The notes below the pieces were generated by a model, which saw only the letters and a program-made list of their open reading frames with translations, was not told the origin of the DNA and did not search any database. 49,278 nucleotides of DNA from Thermoanaerobaculia bacterium (GTDB taxonomy: Bacteria > Acidobacteriota > Thermoanaerobaculia > Multivoradales > JAIOJS01). Below are positions 19,395-27,520 of the stretch, one piece after another. The stretch's first letter is position 1. Every line of letters starts with the position of its first letter. The stretch is taken from assembly GCA_019911795.1 (NCBI GenBank), contig JAIOJS010000395.1:1-49278 (forward strand), read 5' to 3'. The translations under genes were made by a program, and so were the position numbers.

Positions 19395-20135
19395 ATGAGT
19401 GGAAAACTGGAGATCGTCGTCAAGTTACAGCAGGCCCTCAACGAACTGAGCGAGGCCGAAGAACAACTCGCCGGCGTCCCCGGTTGGATGGAAGAGCTAC
19501 ATTCCGAGCACAGCAGCCGACAGGCTGAGATCGAGGCCGTCGAGGCTGACGCGGAAGAGGCCGCTCAGGTACGCCGCCAGGCAGAGAGTGCGAGTCGCGA
19601 CGCGGAGGATCGGCTCGAGCACTTTCAACAGCAGGTCAGCCGCGTGCGCACTCAGCGTGAGTACTCGGCCCTGCTTCAGGAGATCGACACCGTCAAGTCG
19701 CAGATCAAGGCTCTCGAGGAGGAGGCTCTGGGCGCTCTGGAGCGCTACGACGCCGCGCAAGCCGCGCTCGCCGAGCAGCGAGCTGCCTTTGCCGATCTCG
19801 ACCAGCGTTACACCGAGGCGTTGGAGAAGTGGGAGGGTGAGAAGCCCGAGGTCGAGCGTCATGCCAAGGCCCTAAACGGACAGATCGAGGAGTTCCGCGG
19901 AAACCTGCCGAAGCCCCTCGTCGCACTCTTTCAGCGCATCTACGACCGCCGTGGTGGAGACGCAACCGCCGCCCTACGACAGTCGGAGATCGGTGGCCCG
20001 GGGACGAAGATGTGGCACTGCTCTGCCTGCAATTACCTGGTTCGGCTGCAAGTGGTCACCGACATTCGTCTCCGGGGCGCGCTCGTCCACTGCGACGGCT
20101 GCAAGCGGATTCTATTCGTCGAAGACGAGGAGTGA
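19395..20135 (+). CDS. Coiled-coil protein with C-terminal C4 zinc ribbon (COG1579-like)
   Basis: ATG 19395 (MSGKLEIVVKLQQAL) lies downstream of the tRNA. A long coiled coil is followed by WHCSACNYLV...VHCDGCKRILF. Confidence 0.8.
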   Translation: MSGKLEIVVKLQQALNELSEAEEQLAGVPGWMEELHSEHSSRQAEIEAVEADAEEAAQVRRQAESASRDAEDRLEHFQQQVSRVRTQREYSALLQEIDTVKSQIKALEEEALGALERYDAAQAALAEQRAAFADLDQRYTEALEKWEGEKPEVERHAKALNGQIEEFRGNLPKPLVALFQRIYDRRGGDATAALRQSEIGGPGTKMWHCSACNYLVRLQVVTDIRLRGALVHCDGCKRILFVEDEE

Positions 20136-20155
20136 TCCCACCGCGGACGGCACCG

Positions 20156-20869
20156 ATGTCCATCGCAAATCGCCTGGCGCTCATCGAGGAACGGATCGCT
20201 CGAGCGTGTCGGCGCACTTCACGACCGCGCGAGGAGGTCCTCCTGGTCGGCGCCAGCAAGCAGCAGCCACTTTCTAGCCTCGTGGCCGCCTACGACGGCG
20301 GTCTTAGGCAGTTCGGTGAGAACCGCGTGCAAGAGGCGCGAGACAAGCGATCAGAGCTTCCCCACGACATCGAGTGGCACCTGCTCGGACCTCTACAGAG
20401 TAACAAGGTGGCGGTTGCTGTCCAGCTCTTCACCACCTTCCACGCCATCGACCGGCCAAAGATCGCTCTGGCAGTGGCTCGCGCGGCGCACCTCGAAGGA
20501 CTCCAGTGTGAGGGCTTCCTCGAGGTCAACCTCGGGGCCGAGCCGAGCAAGCACGGTGTGTCGGATGGCGAGGTCGTCGAGACTCTGGTTTCGCTCCGAG
20601 CCGAGATCCAGGGCAAGGGACTGGACCTCGCCGGTCTGATGGCCATTCCTCCTCAGGAGGATAGCGCCGAGGCGACCCGCGGCTGGTTCCGTCGACTTCG
20701 CGAGTTGAGGGACGCGTGCCGGTACGCCGACCCGTCGTTTCAGGGCAGGCTCTCGATGGGTATGAGTTCGGACTTCGAACTCGCGATCGAGGAGGGAGCC
20801 ACCCACATTCGGGTGGGCACCGAGCTTTTCGGCCCACGATCTCCGAGAGAACCCGAGGCGATATGCTAG
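20156..20869 (+). CDS. yggS: YggS-family pyridoxal-phosphate homeostasis protein
   Basis: Matching motifs are LLVGASKQQP, FGENRVQEA, WHLLGPLQSNK, LSMGMSSDFELAIEEGATHIRVGTELFG. The start is ATG 20156. Confidence 0.9.
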   Translation: MSIANRLALIEERIARACRRTSRPREEVLLVGASKQQPLSSLVAAYDGGLRQFGENRVQEARDKRSELPHDIEWHLLGPLQSNKVAVAVQLFTTFHAIDRPKIALAVARAAHLEGLQCEGFLEVNLGAEPSKHGVSDGEVVETLVSLRAEIQGKGLDLAGLMAIPPQEDSAEATRGWFRRLRELRDACRYADPSFQGRLSMGMSSDFELAIEEGATHIRVGTELFGPRSPREPEAIC

Positions 20870-20905
20870 AATTTCATACTTGCCGCCTAGAAAGGGGATA
20901 TCGCC

Positions 20906-21436
20906 ATGGCATATGAGAATGAACCCGCCGACTCGATGCGACTCACGCCCCTGGTCATCCGCAAGATGCGCTTTCCAAGCAAGATGCGGGGCTACGACCC
21001 CCGGGAGGTCGAGGAGTTTCTCGCTCTCGTTTCGGAGGAGATGACCCGTGCTCTGGGAGAGTCCGATCGTCGGCGCCAGGAAACAGAGCACCTGAAACGA
21101 GTCCTCGGCCAGGCGGAGCGACGTGAACGCGAGCTTCAGGAGACCCTGACTCGGGCCCAGAAGGTCTCCGACGAGATCCTCGCCACCGCCCAGCGTGAGG
21201 CCCAGCTGCTCGTGCAGGAGGCCGAGGCCACCGGCAATCGAATTGTCGAAGGGGCGATCAGTAAGGCTCAGGAGGTCGAGTCCAAGATCGCCGAACTGAT
21301 CCATCGCCGGCGGGAGCTCCAACTCAAGCTCAAAAGCACCCTCGATCTCTTTGCGCGCCTGGTAGAGAGCGATATGGAGGAGGAGCCTCGGGCCTCAATC
21401 CACGCCTTGAGGGCCGACCGAGGCAGTACCGGTTGA
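20906..21436 (+). CDS. divIVA: DivIVA domain-containing protein
   Basis: The N terminus, LTPLVIRKMRFPSKMRGYDPREVEEFLALVSEEM, is followed by a coiled coil. It sits next to yggS, as in the ylm/div clusters of other phyla. Confidence 0.85.
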   Translation: MAYENEPADSMRLTPLVIRKMRFPSKMRGYDPREVEEFLALVSEEMTRALGESDRRRQETEHLKRVLGQAERRERELQETLTRAQKVSDEILATAQREAQLLVQEAEATGNRIVEGAISKAQEVESKIAELIHRRRELQLKLKSTLDLFARLVESDMEEEPRASIHALRADRGSTG

Positions 21437-21723
21437 AGCGGGGAAGAGAGATCCCCGACTCAGTGAGGGCTCGCTTTCCCGACCACGACGCCCTCGACCT
21501 CCTCGGACATCCGGGCTTTCTCATCGGTCGTCTACTCGAACAGGGTGACAGCCAGGAGCTCGCCTGGCTGTTCGATGCCGTGAGCCATTCCGAAGTCGCC
21601 GCCTGGCTCTCCCGACATGGAGGCAGGGTCCTGTCCGCACGGAGTCGTGCCCTGTGGGAGCAGGTCGTCGGGCCCGTCAGTCCGCCGCCGACCCTGGCCG
21701 CTGAACTCTGGCCTCTGGCCTGA
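21433..21723 (+). CDS. Small hypothetical protein, putative partner of the downstream NTase
   Basis: This 96-aa ORF has a TTG start overlapping the divIVA stop (TTGA); an alternative GTG is at 21463. The pattern FPDHDALDLLGHPGFLIGRLLEQGDSQELAWL...LSARSRALW resembles small proteins I recall upstream of DUF1814/AbiEii genes. That resemblance is from memory and is not verified. Confidence 0.55.
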   Translation: MKRGREIPDSVRARFPDHDALDLLGHPGFLIGRLLEQGDSQELAWLFDAVSHSEVAAWLSRHGGRVLSARSRALWEQVVGPVSPPPTLAAELWPLA

Positions 21724-21739
21724 CTCGGGAAGAGCTCAC

Positions 21740-22435
21740 GTGATCAAGACCTCCACCCTCTCAACCGGTAGCCTGGCGCCGGCCGCCTGGCAACTCGCTC
21801 AGCGTCTGGCTGCTTCTGTCCTCCACGATGACTTCTACCTGGCCGGTTCCGCGGCTCTAGCCGTGCAGCTCGGCCATCGACCGGTCTCAAACCTAGATTT
21901 CATGTCCGCGACCCATCGGCTGCTGCCTCCAGGGCGTCGCGACCTCCTCCAGGCTTGTCTCGCCGTCGATCCCGAGGTTCGGGTCGAGACCGCTCGTGAT
22001 GGATACCTCTTCCTGCGCTTCGCGACCGGGATCCGGGTGCAGCTCTTCTACTACCCCTATCCTCTGGCCGCCCCCCTTCTCCTGGCGCCCTCCGAGGATC
22101 ATCCCGCCGCTCCCGCCCTCGAGGTCGCGAGTCTTGTCGATCTAGGCCTGATGAAACTCGGAGCGATCATCAGCCGGGGTTCCAAGCGCGACTTCGTCGA
22201 TCTCTACCTCCTCTGCCGACGTTTGCCGCTAAGCTCGGTTCTCGCCGCTTCGGCCGACAAGTTCGGTCATGTCTTAGACTTCCCACTTCAGGCGGTCAAG
22301 GCGCTAGCCGACCGCTCCGAGTGGCCCCAGGAGCCACTACCCAAGGGCAACGCCCCGCTCTCCGAAGGAGAGATCATCGCCTGGCTGGACAAGGAGATCG
22401 CGCAGTGGAGTCGACGGATACTCGAGAACCCATGA
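21740..22435 (+). CDS. Nucleotidyltransferase, AbiEii/AbiGii (DUF1814)-like family
   Basis: A GTG 21740 start is inferred. The motifs are FYLAGSAALAVQLGHRPVSNLDF (NTase G-S...hDh) and RGSKRDFVDLYLLC (C-terminal K-x-D-x-x-DLY). Its stop overlaps the hutI ATG. Confidence 0.7.
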   Translation: MIKTSTLSTGSLAPAAWQLAQRLAASVLHDDFYLAGSAALAVQLGHRPVSNLDFMSATHRLLPPGRRDLLQACLAVDPEVRVETARDGYLFLRFATGIRVQLFYYPYPLAAPLLLAPSEDHPAAPALEVASLVDLGLMKLGAIISRGSKRDFVDLYLLCRRLPLSSVLAASADKFGHVLDFPLQAVKALADRSEWPQEPLPKGNAPLSEGEIIAWLDKEIAQWSRRILENP

Positions 22436-23697
22436 AGGATCTCCTGCTTCACAACATCGGTGAGCTGGCCACCCCGCTCGGATCGACCGCCCGACGCGGC
22501 CCTGACCAACGACGCGTCGTCCGCACCCCCCGCCAGGAGGTTCTCTGTCGCGACGGGCGCATCGCCTTCGTGGGTACCGAGGCGGAGCGGATTCGCTACC
22601 ACGGTGACCTCCCCGGAACTCCACGGCTCGACGCCAGAGGCAAGACGGTGATTCCGGGCCTCATCGACCCTCACACCCACCTGCCGTGGGCGGGAACTCG
22701 GGAAGAGGAATTCGCCCAACGACTCGCCGGCGTCTCCTACCAGGAGATCGCCGCCGGAGGCGGCGGCATCCTGTCGACCGTCCGTTCTACTCGCGAGGCC
22801 TCGGAGGAGGAACTCGCTCTCCTGGCGCGTGGTCGCATGGACCGCATGCTGGCCTGGGGGACGACGACGGCCGAGGCCAAGAGTGGCTACGGCCTGACTC
22901 TCGAAGACGAGCTCAAACAGCTGCGTGCCATCCGTCTTGCTGATCGCGAACACCCGGTCGAGCTGGTTCCCACCCTGCTCGCTGCTCACGAAGTGCCCCC
23001 GGAGCATCGTCGTGAGCGGGAGCGCTACCTCGACATCGTCTGTCAGGAGATCATTCCAGCCGCTGCCCAGGACCAGTTGGCCCGCTTCGGCGATGTCTTC
23101 TGTGAGGAGGGAGTCTTTACCTGCGCCGAGTCGCGACGCGTCCTCGAAGCGGGAGTAGCTCATGGCCTGCACCCCCGCCTTCACGCCGACGAGTTCGTCG
23201 ATTCCGGGGGAGCCCGCCTTGCCGCCGAGCTAGGGGCGCTCTCCGCCGACCACCTCATCGCGGTGTCGGATGCCGGAATCGAGGCCCTGGCCGCGAGCGG
23301 CGTGACGGCGGTCTTGCTTCCGGGGACCAGCTTCTTTCTGATGAAACACACTTATGCTCCGGCCCGCCGTCTCATCGAGGCCGGCGTTCCCGTCGCGATC
23401 GCCACTGACTGCAATCCAGGGTCGTCGCATACCGAATCCCTGCCCATGGTCTTCGTGCTGGCTGTGTTCGAACTCGGACTGACCATCGAGGAGGCCTTGA
23501 CCGCCGCAACCTTGAATGCAGCCTGTTGCCTGGAACTCGGCGACGATCTCGGATCGATCGAGGTAGGAAAACGTGCCGACCTGGTCGTCCTCGACGCCCC
23601 CAATCTTCTCCATCTTGCCTACCACTACGGCATCAATCCGGTGCGAGAGGTGGTGAAGGGTGGGGTTCACGTGCACTCGGTGTCCACCGGACGCTGA
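22432..23697 (+). CDS. hutI: Imidazolonepropionase
   Basis: Matching motifs are PGLIDPHTHLPWAGTREEEFAQRLAGVSYQEIAAGGGGILSTVRSTREAS, LHADE, SADHL and ATDCNPGSS. ATG 22432 (MKDLLLHNIGELATP) is the start. Confidence 0.9.
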   Translation: MKDLLLHNIGELATPLGSTARRGPDQRRVVRTPRQEVLCRDGRIAFVGTEAERIRYHGDLPGTPRLDARGKTVIPGLIDPHTHLPWAGTREEEFAQRLAGVSYQEIAAGGGGILSTVRSTREASEEELALLARGRMDRMLAWGTTTAEAKSGYGLTLEDELKQLRAIRLADREHPVELVPTLLAAHEVPPEHRRERERYLDIVCQEIIPAAAQDQLARFGDVFCEEGVFTCAESRRVLEAGVAHGLHPRLHADEFVDSGGARLAAELGALSADHLIAVSDAGIEALAASGVTAVLLPGTSFFLMKHTYAPARRLIEAGVPVAIATDCNPGSSHTESLPMVFVLAVFELGLTIEEALTAATLNAACCLELGDDLGSIEVGKRADLVVLDAPNLLHLAYHYGINPVREVVKGGVHVHSVSTGR

Positions 23698-23706
23698 CCG
23701 CGACGG

Positions 23707-25485
23707 ATGTTCGCCGAACCCTTCGAGACCCTTGCCGACCTGGTCTTCCTTCTGCGGGAGCAGTGGGGCGGTCGTCGCGACCTGCTTCAGGCAAGGAGCG
23801 GGGGACGCCTCGCAACCCTCTCCTCTCGCGAGCTCATCGCCGATGTCCACGCGTTCGCCCTGAGCCTGGAGGGCCTCGGTGCCGAGCCCGGCGACCGAGT
23901 CGCCCTGTTCTCGGGCAACAGACCGGGGTGGCTGGTGGCGGACCTGGCCGCGCATCTCCTCGGTCTCGTAACGGTTCCGATCGATCCCCGGCTTCCGGTC
24001 GAAGAGGTCGGCTTCATCCTGCGCAACAGTGGTGCGGGGTGGTTGATCTACGGAGGGCCGACGGAGCGAGAGTTGCTCGACCGCCTTCTCAGCGGGCTGC
24101 AGCCAGCCCCACGGCTCATCTCCATGGACGACGAGGGGCTCCACCCTCAGGGTCTCGCCCTCACCCGCCTGGTCGGCCAAGGCGCTGAGCAATTGCTCCA
24201 CCGACCCCTCGACTCCTTGCGAGGGCGGACGACCCCCCGACAGCTGGCGTCGCTGGCGTATACCAGCGGCGCTACCGGGGACCCGCGCGGTGTCCGCATC
24301 AGCCAGGGCGCTCTCGCCGCTTCGACCCTTACCCTGGTCCGACGACTGGCGCTCGAGTCCTCAGCTCGGGCCGTTTCGCTCTTGCCGTTTGCCCATCCCC
24401 TGGAGCGGGTGGCGACCTACTCGTACCTGATCGCCGGCGTCACCGTTCTCGCACCGTCGCGCGGCACCGACCCTCTCCTCGTGGTTCAGCGCGAGTCCCC
24501 CGACGTGTTCGTCGCCCCCCCGGGTCTACTCGAGGGAGCTCATCTCGAAGTCCTCAAGGAGATCGAGCGTAGCTCGGCACTTCGCCGGGCCGTCTTCCGG
24601 CGCTCACTCGCTGCGGCGACTCCCTCCGAGTCGGGGAAGCGTCGGCCGGGGGCGCTCGTCGGGTCACTCGGGTTGGGGTTGGCGCGACGGAGCCTTGGCG
24701 GTCGCGCTCGTACCGTGGTCAGTGCCTTCCATCCCGTCGCCGTCGAAACCGAAAGGTTCTTTCGGGCGGCCCGTATCGATCTCTGCATCGGCTACGGCCT
24801 GGTCGAGGCCTGTGGCCTGATCACCGCTACCCGGCGGATGCATCGCACGGTGGGTACCGCCGGTCGCCCTCTCGCCGGTTGGAAGCTCCGTACGGATCGG
24901 GACGGCGAGATCAGCGTGGCGGGGCCCAGTCTCATGGAGGGCTACTGGCAGTCCGAGGGCGCTCCCGCCATCAAGGAGGACGCCGAGGGTGTGCGATGGT
25001 TCGCCACCGGCGACGTCGGCCGCATCGATCGCGCTGGCCGACTGCACCTGCGGGCCCGACGCTCGAGCCGCCTGGTGCTCACGTCCGGCGAAGTCATCGC
25101 TCCCCACCCGATCGAGCAGAGACTGCAATCGTCTCCGGCAATCCTTCGGGCAATCGTCGTCGGACAGGGCCAGCCGGTCCTTGGCGCCCTGATCGTGCCT
25201 TCGCCCGACGCTACGGCCGGTACGACCGGACCGGCTGGAATGACTGGAATGGCCAGCGCGACGTCGATGGAGGAGAGAGTTGCGGCGGAACTCCAACGTC
25301 TCAACCACGACCGACCTGAGGCTGAGAAGGTCCGCCGCTTCCACCTTCTACCTCGCCCTCTCGACGTCGACCACGGCGAACTCACTCCCAACGGTCAACT
25401 ACGGCGCAAAGCGATCGCCAAGATCTGGCGTCACGAGATTGCTGCCCTCTTCTCGCTCGAGGCCACCAAGCCAAAGAACCGCTGA
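23707..25485 (+). CDS. AMP-dependent acyl-CoA synthetase/ligase (FadD-like)
   Basis: It has the AMP-binding motif LAYTSGATGDPRGVRIS, the GYGLVEACG motif, WFATGDVG and a C-terminal LTPNGQLRRK. Confidence 0.85.
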   Translation: MFAEPFETLADLVFLLREQWGGRRDLLQARSGGRLATLSSRELIADVHAFALSLEGLGAEPGDRVALFSGNRPGWLVADLAAHLLGLVTVPIDPRLPVEEVGFILRNSGAGWLIYGGPTERELLDRLLSGLQPAPRLISMDDEGLHPQGLALTRLVGQGAEQLLHRPLDSLRGRTTPRQLASLAYTSGATGDPRGVRISQGALAASTLTLVRRLALESSARAVSLLPFAHPLERVATYSYLIAGVTVLAPSRGTDPLLVVQRESPDVFVAPPGLLEGAHLEVLKEIERSSALRRAVFRRSLAAATPSESGKRRPGALVGSLGLGLARRSLGGRARTVVSAFHPVAVETERFFRAARIDLCIGYGLVEACGLITATRRMHRTVGTAGRPLAGWKLRTDRDGEISVAGPSLMEGYWQSEGAPAIKEDAEGVRWFATGDVGRIDRAGRLHLRARRSSRLVLTSGEVIAPHPIEQRLQSSPAILRAIVVGQGQPVLGALIVPSPDATAGTTGPAGMTGMASATSMEERVAAELQRLNHDRPEAEKVRRFHLLPRPLDVDHGELTPNGQLRRKAIAKIWRHEIAALFSLEATKPKNR

Positions 25486-25536
25486 TTCCGGAGGTTCCCG
25501 TCCCGATCCCGAACCAGCGACTGGCGTTGAGAGCGG

Positions 25537-25704
25537 CTAGTGGACTGTAACCCTCGAACGGTTAGTGGTTGGGCGTGTCATCAGGGGTGAGATCAAGGCG
25601 CCCCGGCGCAGGCATAGCCGGGCCTATGTCGAGGAGGGGCAACGCCGAGCTCGGCCCTGAGGGCCGGCCAGGCGCCAATCGTTCTGGGGGTTACAGTCCA
25701 CTAG
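25537..25704 (+). repeat. Copy A of a 168-bp terminal-inverted-repeat (MITE-like) element
   Basis: The ends are CTAGTGGACTGTAACCC...GGGTTACAGTCCACTAG. About 33 bp of imperfect terminal inverted repeat continues inward (GAACGGTT / AATCGTTC). Internal palindromes include GCCGAGCTCGGC and GGCCCTGAGGGCC. A second copy lies at 27521-27707. That this is a repeat is certain; the MITE interpretation is inference. Confidence 0.85.
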
Positions 25705-25714
25705 GTCGCGGCGG

Positions 25715-27415
25715 TCAGGGTGCCTCGAGCTCAGCCACCAGAGACTCAGCCTGGCTGTAGATCGGTCGGATGTCCACCGGGACCTCTTCGTTGAGCCGGT
25801 CGATAGCCGCCGTCAGCTCCGCCGTCGGATGACCGTAACGCTCGAGGAATGCCTGTGTTCCGGCGTAGTCGCCCGTCGCATGGAGCATGAGGAAGTCGTG
25901 CAGGAGGTCGCGCATCGCCCCTGGGAACTTCTCCTGGACGATCCGGTAGCGACCCTCGTCCGTCACCTCCAACGCACCCTTCTCGGTAAGGTAGTTGAAC
26001 TGGGTGATGACACCCTGACCGTGCGCCTCGTGGACACCGAAGCGGGCCGAGCGAAAGAGACCCGCCAGATAGGTTGGCGCCAGTGAGTCCGCAAGCTCCG
26101 CCGGAATCACACCCTTGTCGATGAGGGCGAGGATGTTATAGACCCCCATGACATCCGCCTTGGCCTCCTCGGTGACCGAGTAGATGTCCTTGAGCTCGAG
26201 GCGCACCTCGGTCGCCCGGCCATCGACCTCGATAGTGCCCGGTCCCAGCCCGTGACTCAACTCGTGATGCAGCACCTCGGCAAAAAACGCCTCGAAGGAG
26301 AGCCCAGACTGGGACGGATCGAGTACCAGGCCAGCGATCGGCACCAGGATCTGGTCGTACTTCGCCCGCAAGATGTTGCGCAGCATGACCTTCTTGGATC
26401 CCTTCTCCTCGCGTACCCGCTCGTCGTTGGGGAGGTTGAAGGCGACGGTCTGAATCCCCGCTTTGGTGTCACCCCCGGTGAAGACGATGTCGACGACTCG
26501 GATCGGACTCTCGCTGCCTCGGCCCAAGTTCTTGTGCTCGTCCGGGATCGGCAGGTTTCTCTCTAGCCAAGGCAACTGAGCCTTGTAGTCGGCCAACCTC
26601 GCCGATTCGCTCGGTTGATCGACAGTGAGGAAGATAGTGAACGCGGCCTTATAGCCGAACAGTGCATCCTCGTACGTCTCGTAGGGGCCGATCGTCACCT
26701 CGACCGGCGAATCCAGATCCATCCAGGCTCGATCACTCTCGTAGTAGTCATCACTCAGAAAGGCCGCAGCTCGCTCCTCGAGGAAGCGACGGAGGCTTGC
26801 GTTCTCCGTCAGCGCTGCCGCCCGGCGAAGGTGCTCGGCCGCCGGCTTCAACCATTCACCGTAGACCTCCGAGTAGGGGTGAGCGACGAGGTTGGTTCCC
26901 TCTCTTCGCACCACGGTGGTGAGAGACTCCAGCGCAGCCTCCTCCTCGGGATGCTCCGCGACGTAGGCCTCGAAGGCCTCCTGGGTCAGGTCCTCGGGAT
27001 AGTAACCGGCTCCTTGCGGATGGGCCGCCTTGCCGATGAAGGGCTTGTTCTCGTCCAGTCGGTCCCAAGGCCCGAAATTCAAGGCGTAGTAGTCCTGCAG
27101 TGCCTTGGCGTCGTCGCCCGTGTACGCAGCAACCTCCTGGCTCAGAGCTGCGTTGCCGGTCCAGGCCTGACGGAGAAAAACTTCGTCCATCAGTTGACCC
27201 GCGAGGACGAGGTGGGCCAGAACCTCCCGATCCACCGGGGTCAGCGATGAGAGATCGGCCGTCATTTCGGTGGGCGAGTACTGGGCCAGTCGCTCCGCGA
27301 CATCGGCAGCCACCTCGAGTTCGGCAGAACCGGGATCGGTCGTCGAGGGCGCCGTCGTCTCGGGCGGTGAACAGGCCAAGGCCAGTCCGGCAAGGGCAAT
27401 TGCAATCCTACGCAT
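25715..27415 (-). CDS. M49 (dipeptidyl-peptidase III)-like zinc metallopeptidase, lipoprotein
   Basis: It has a lipobox signal peptide (MRRIAIALAGLALAC), the zinc motif HHELSHG (26252-26269) and a second motif, EEAKAD (26153-26170). The start is ATG 27415. Confidence 0.8.
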   Translation of the reverse strand: MRRIAIALAGLALACSPPETTAPSTTDPGSAELEVAADVAERLAQYSPTEMTADLSSLTPVDREVLAHLVLAGQLMDEVFLRQAWTGNAALSQEVAAYTGDDAKALQDYYALNFGPWDRLDENKPFIGKAAHPQGAGYYPEDLTQEAFEAYVAEHPEEEAALESLTTVVRREGTNLVAHPYSEVYGEWLKPAAEHLRRAAALTENASLRRFLEERAAAFLSDDYYESDRAWMDLDSPVEVTIGPYETYEDALFGYKAAFTIFLTVDQPSESARLADYKAQLPWLERNLPIPDEHKNLGRGSESPIRVVDIVFTGGDTKAGIQTVAFNLPNDERVREEKGSKKVMLRNILRAKYDQILVPIAGLVLDPSQSGLSFEAFFAEVLHHELSHGLGPGTIEVDGRATEVRLELKDIYSVTEEAKADVMGVYNILALIDKGVIPAELADSLAPTYLAGLFRSARFGVHEAHGQGVITQFNYLTEKGALEVTDEGRYRIVQEKFPGAMRDLLHDFLMLHATGDYAGTQAFLERYGHPTAELTAAIDRLNEEVPVDIRPIYSQAESLVAELEAP

Positions 27416-27520
27416 TGAGCAGTACTCCTGATGGGTTCGGTGAAGAGATTGGGATGGACGGTCCGCAGACCGACGTTTCATGATGCCGGACCACCCTAGG
27501 CTGGGTCAACCCAGTCGATA

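Noticed and set aside
25569-25760. A 63-aa ORF inside MITE-like copy A
   Set aside because: Its G/R/S-rich translation is not preserved as an ORF in copy B, because the indels shift the frame. It also runs into the peptidase 3' end. It is not coding.
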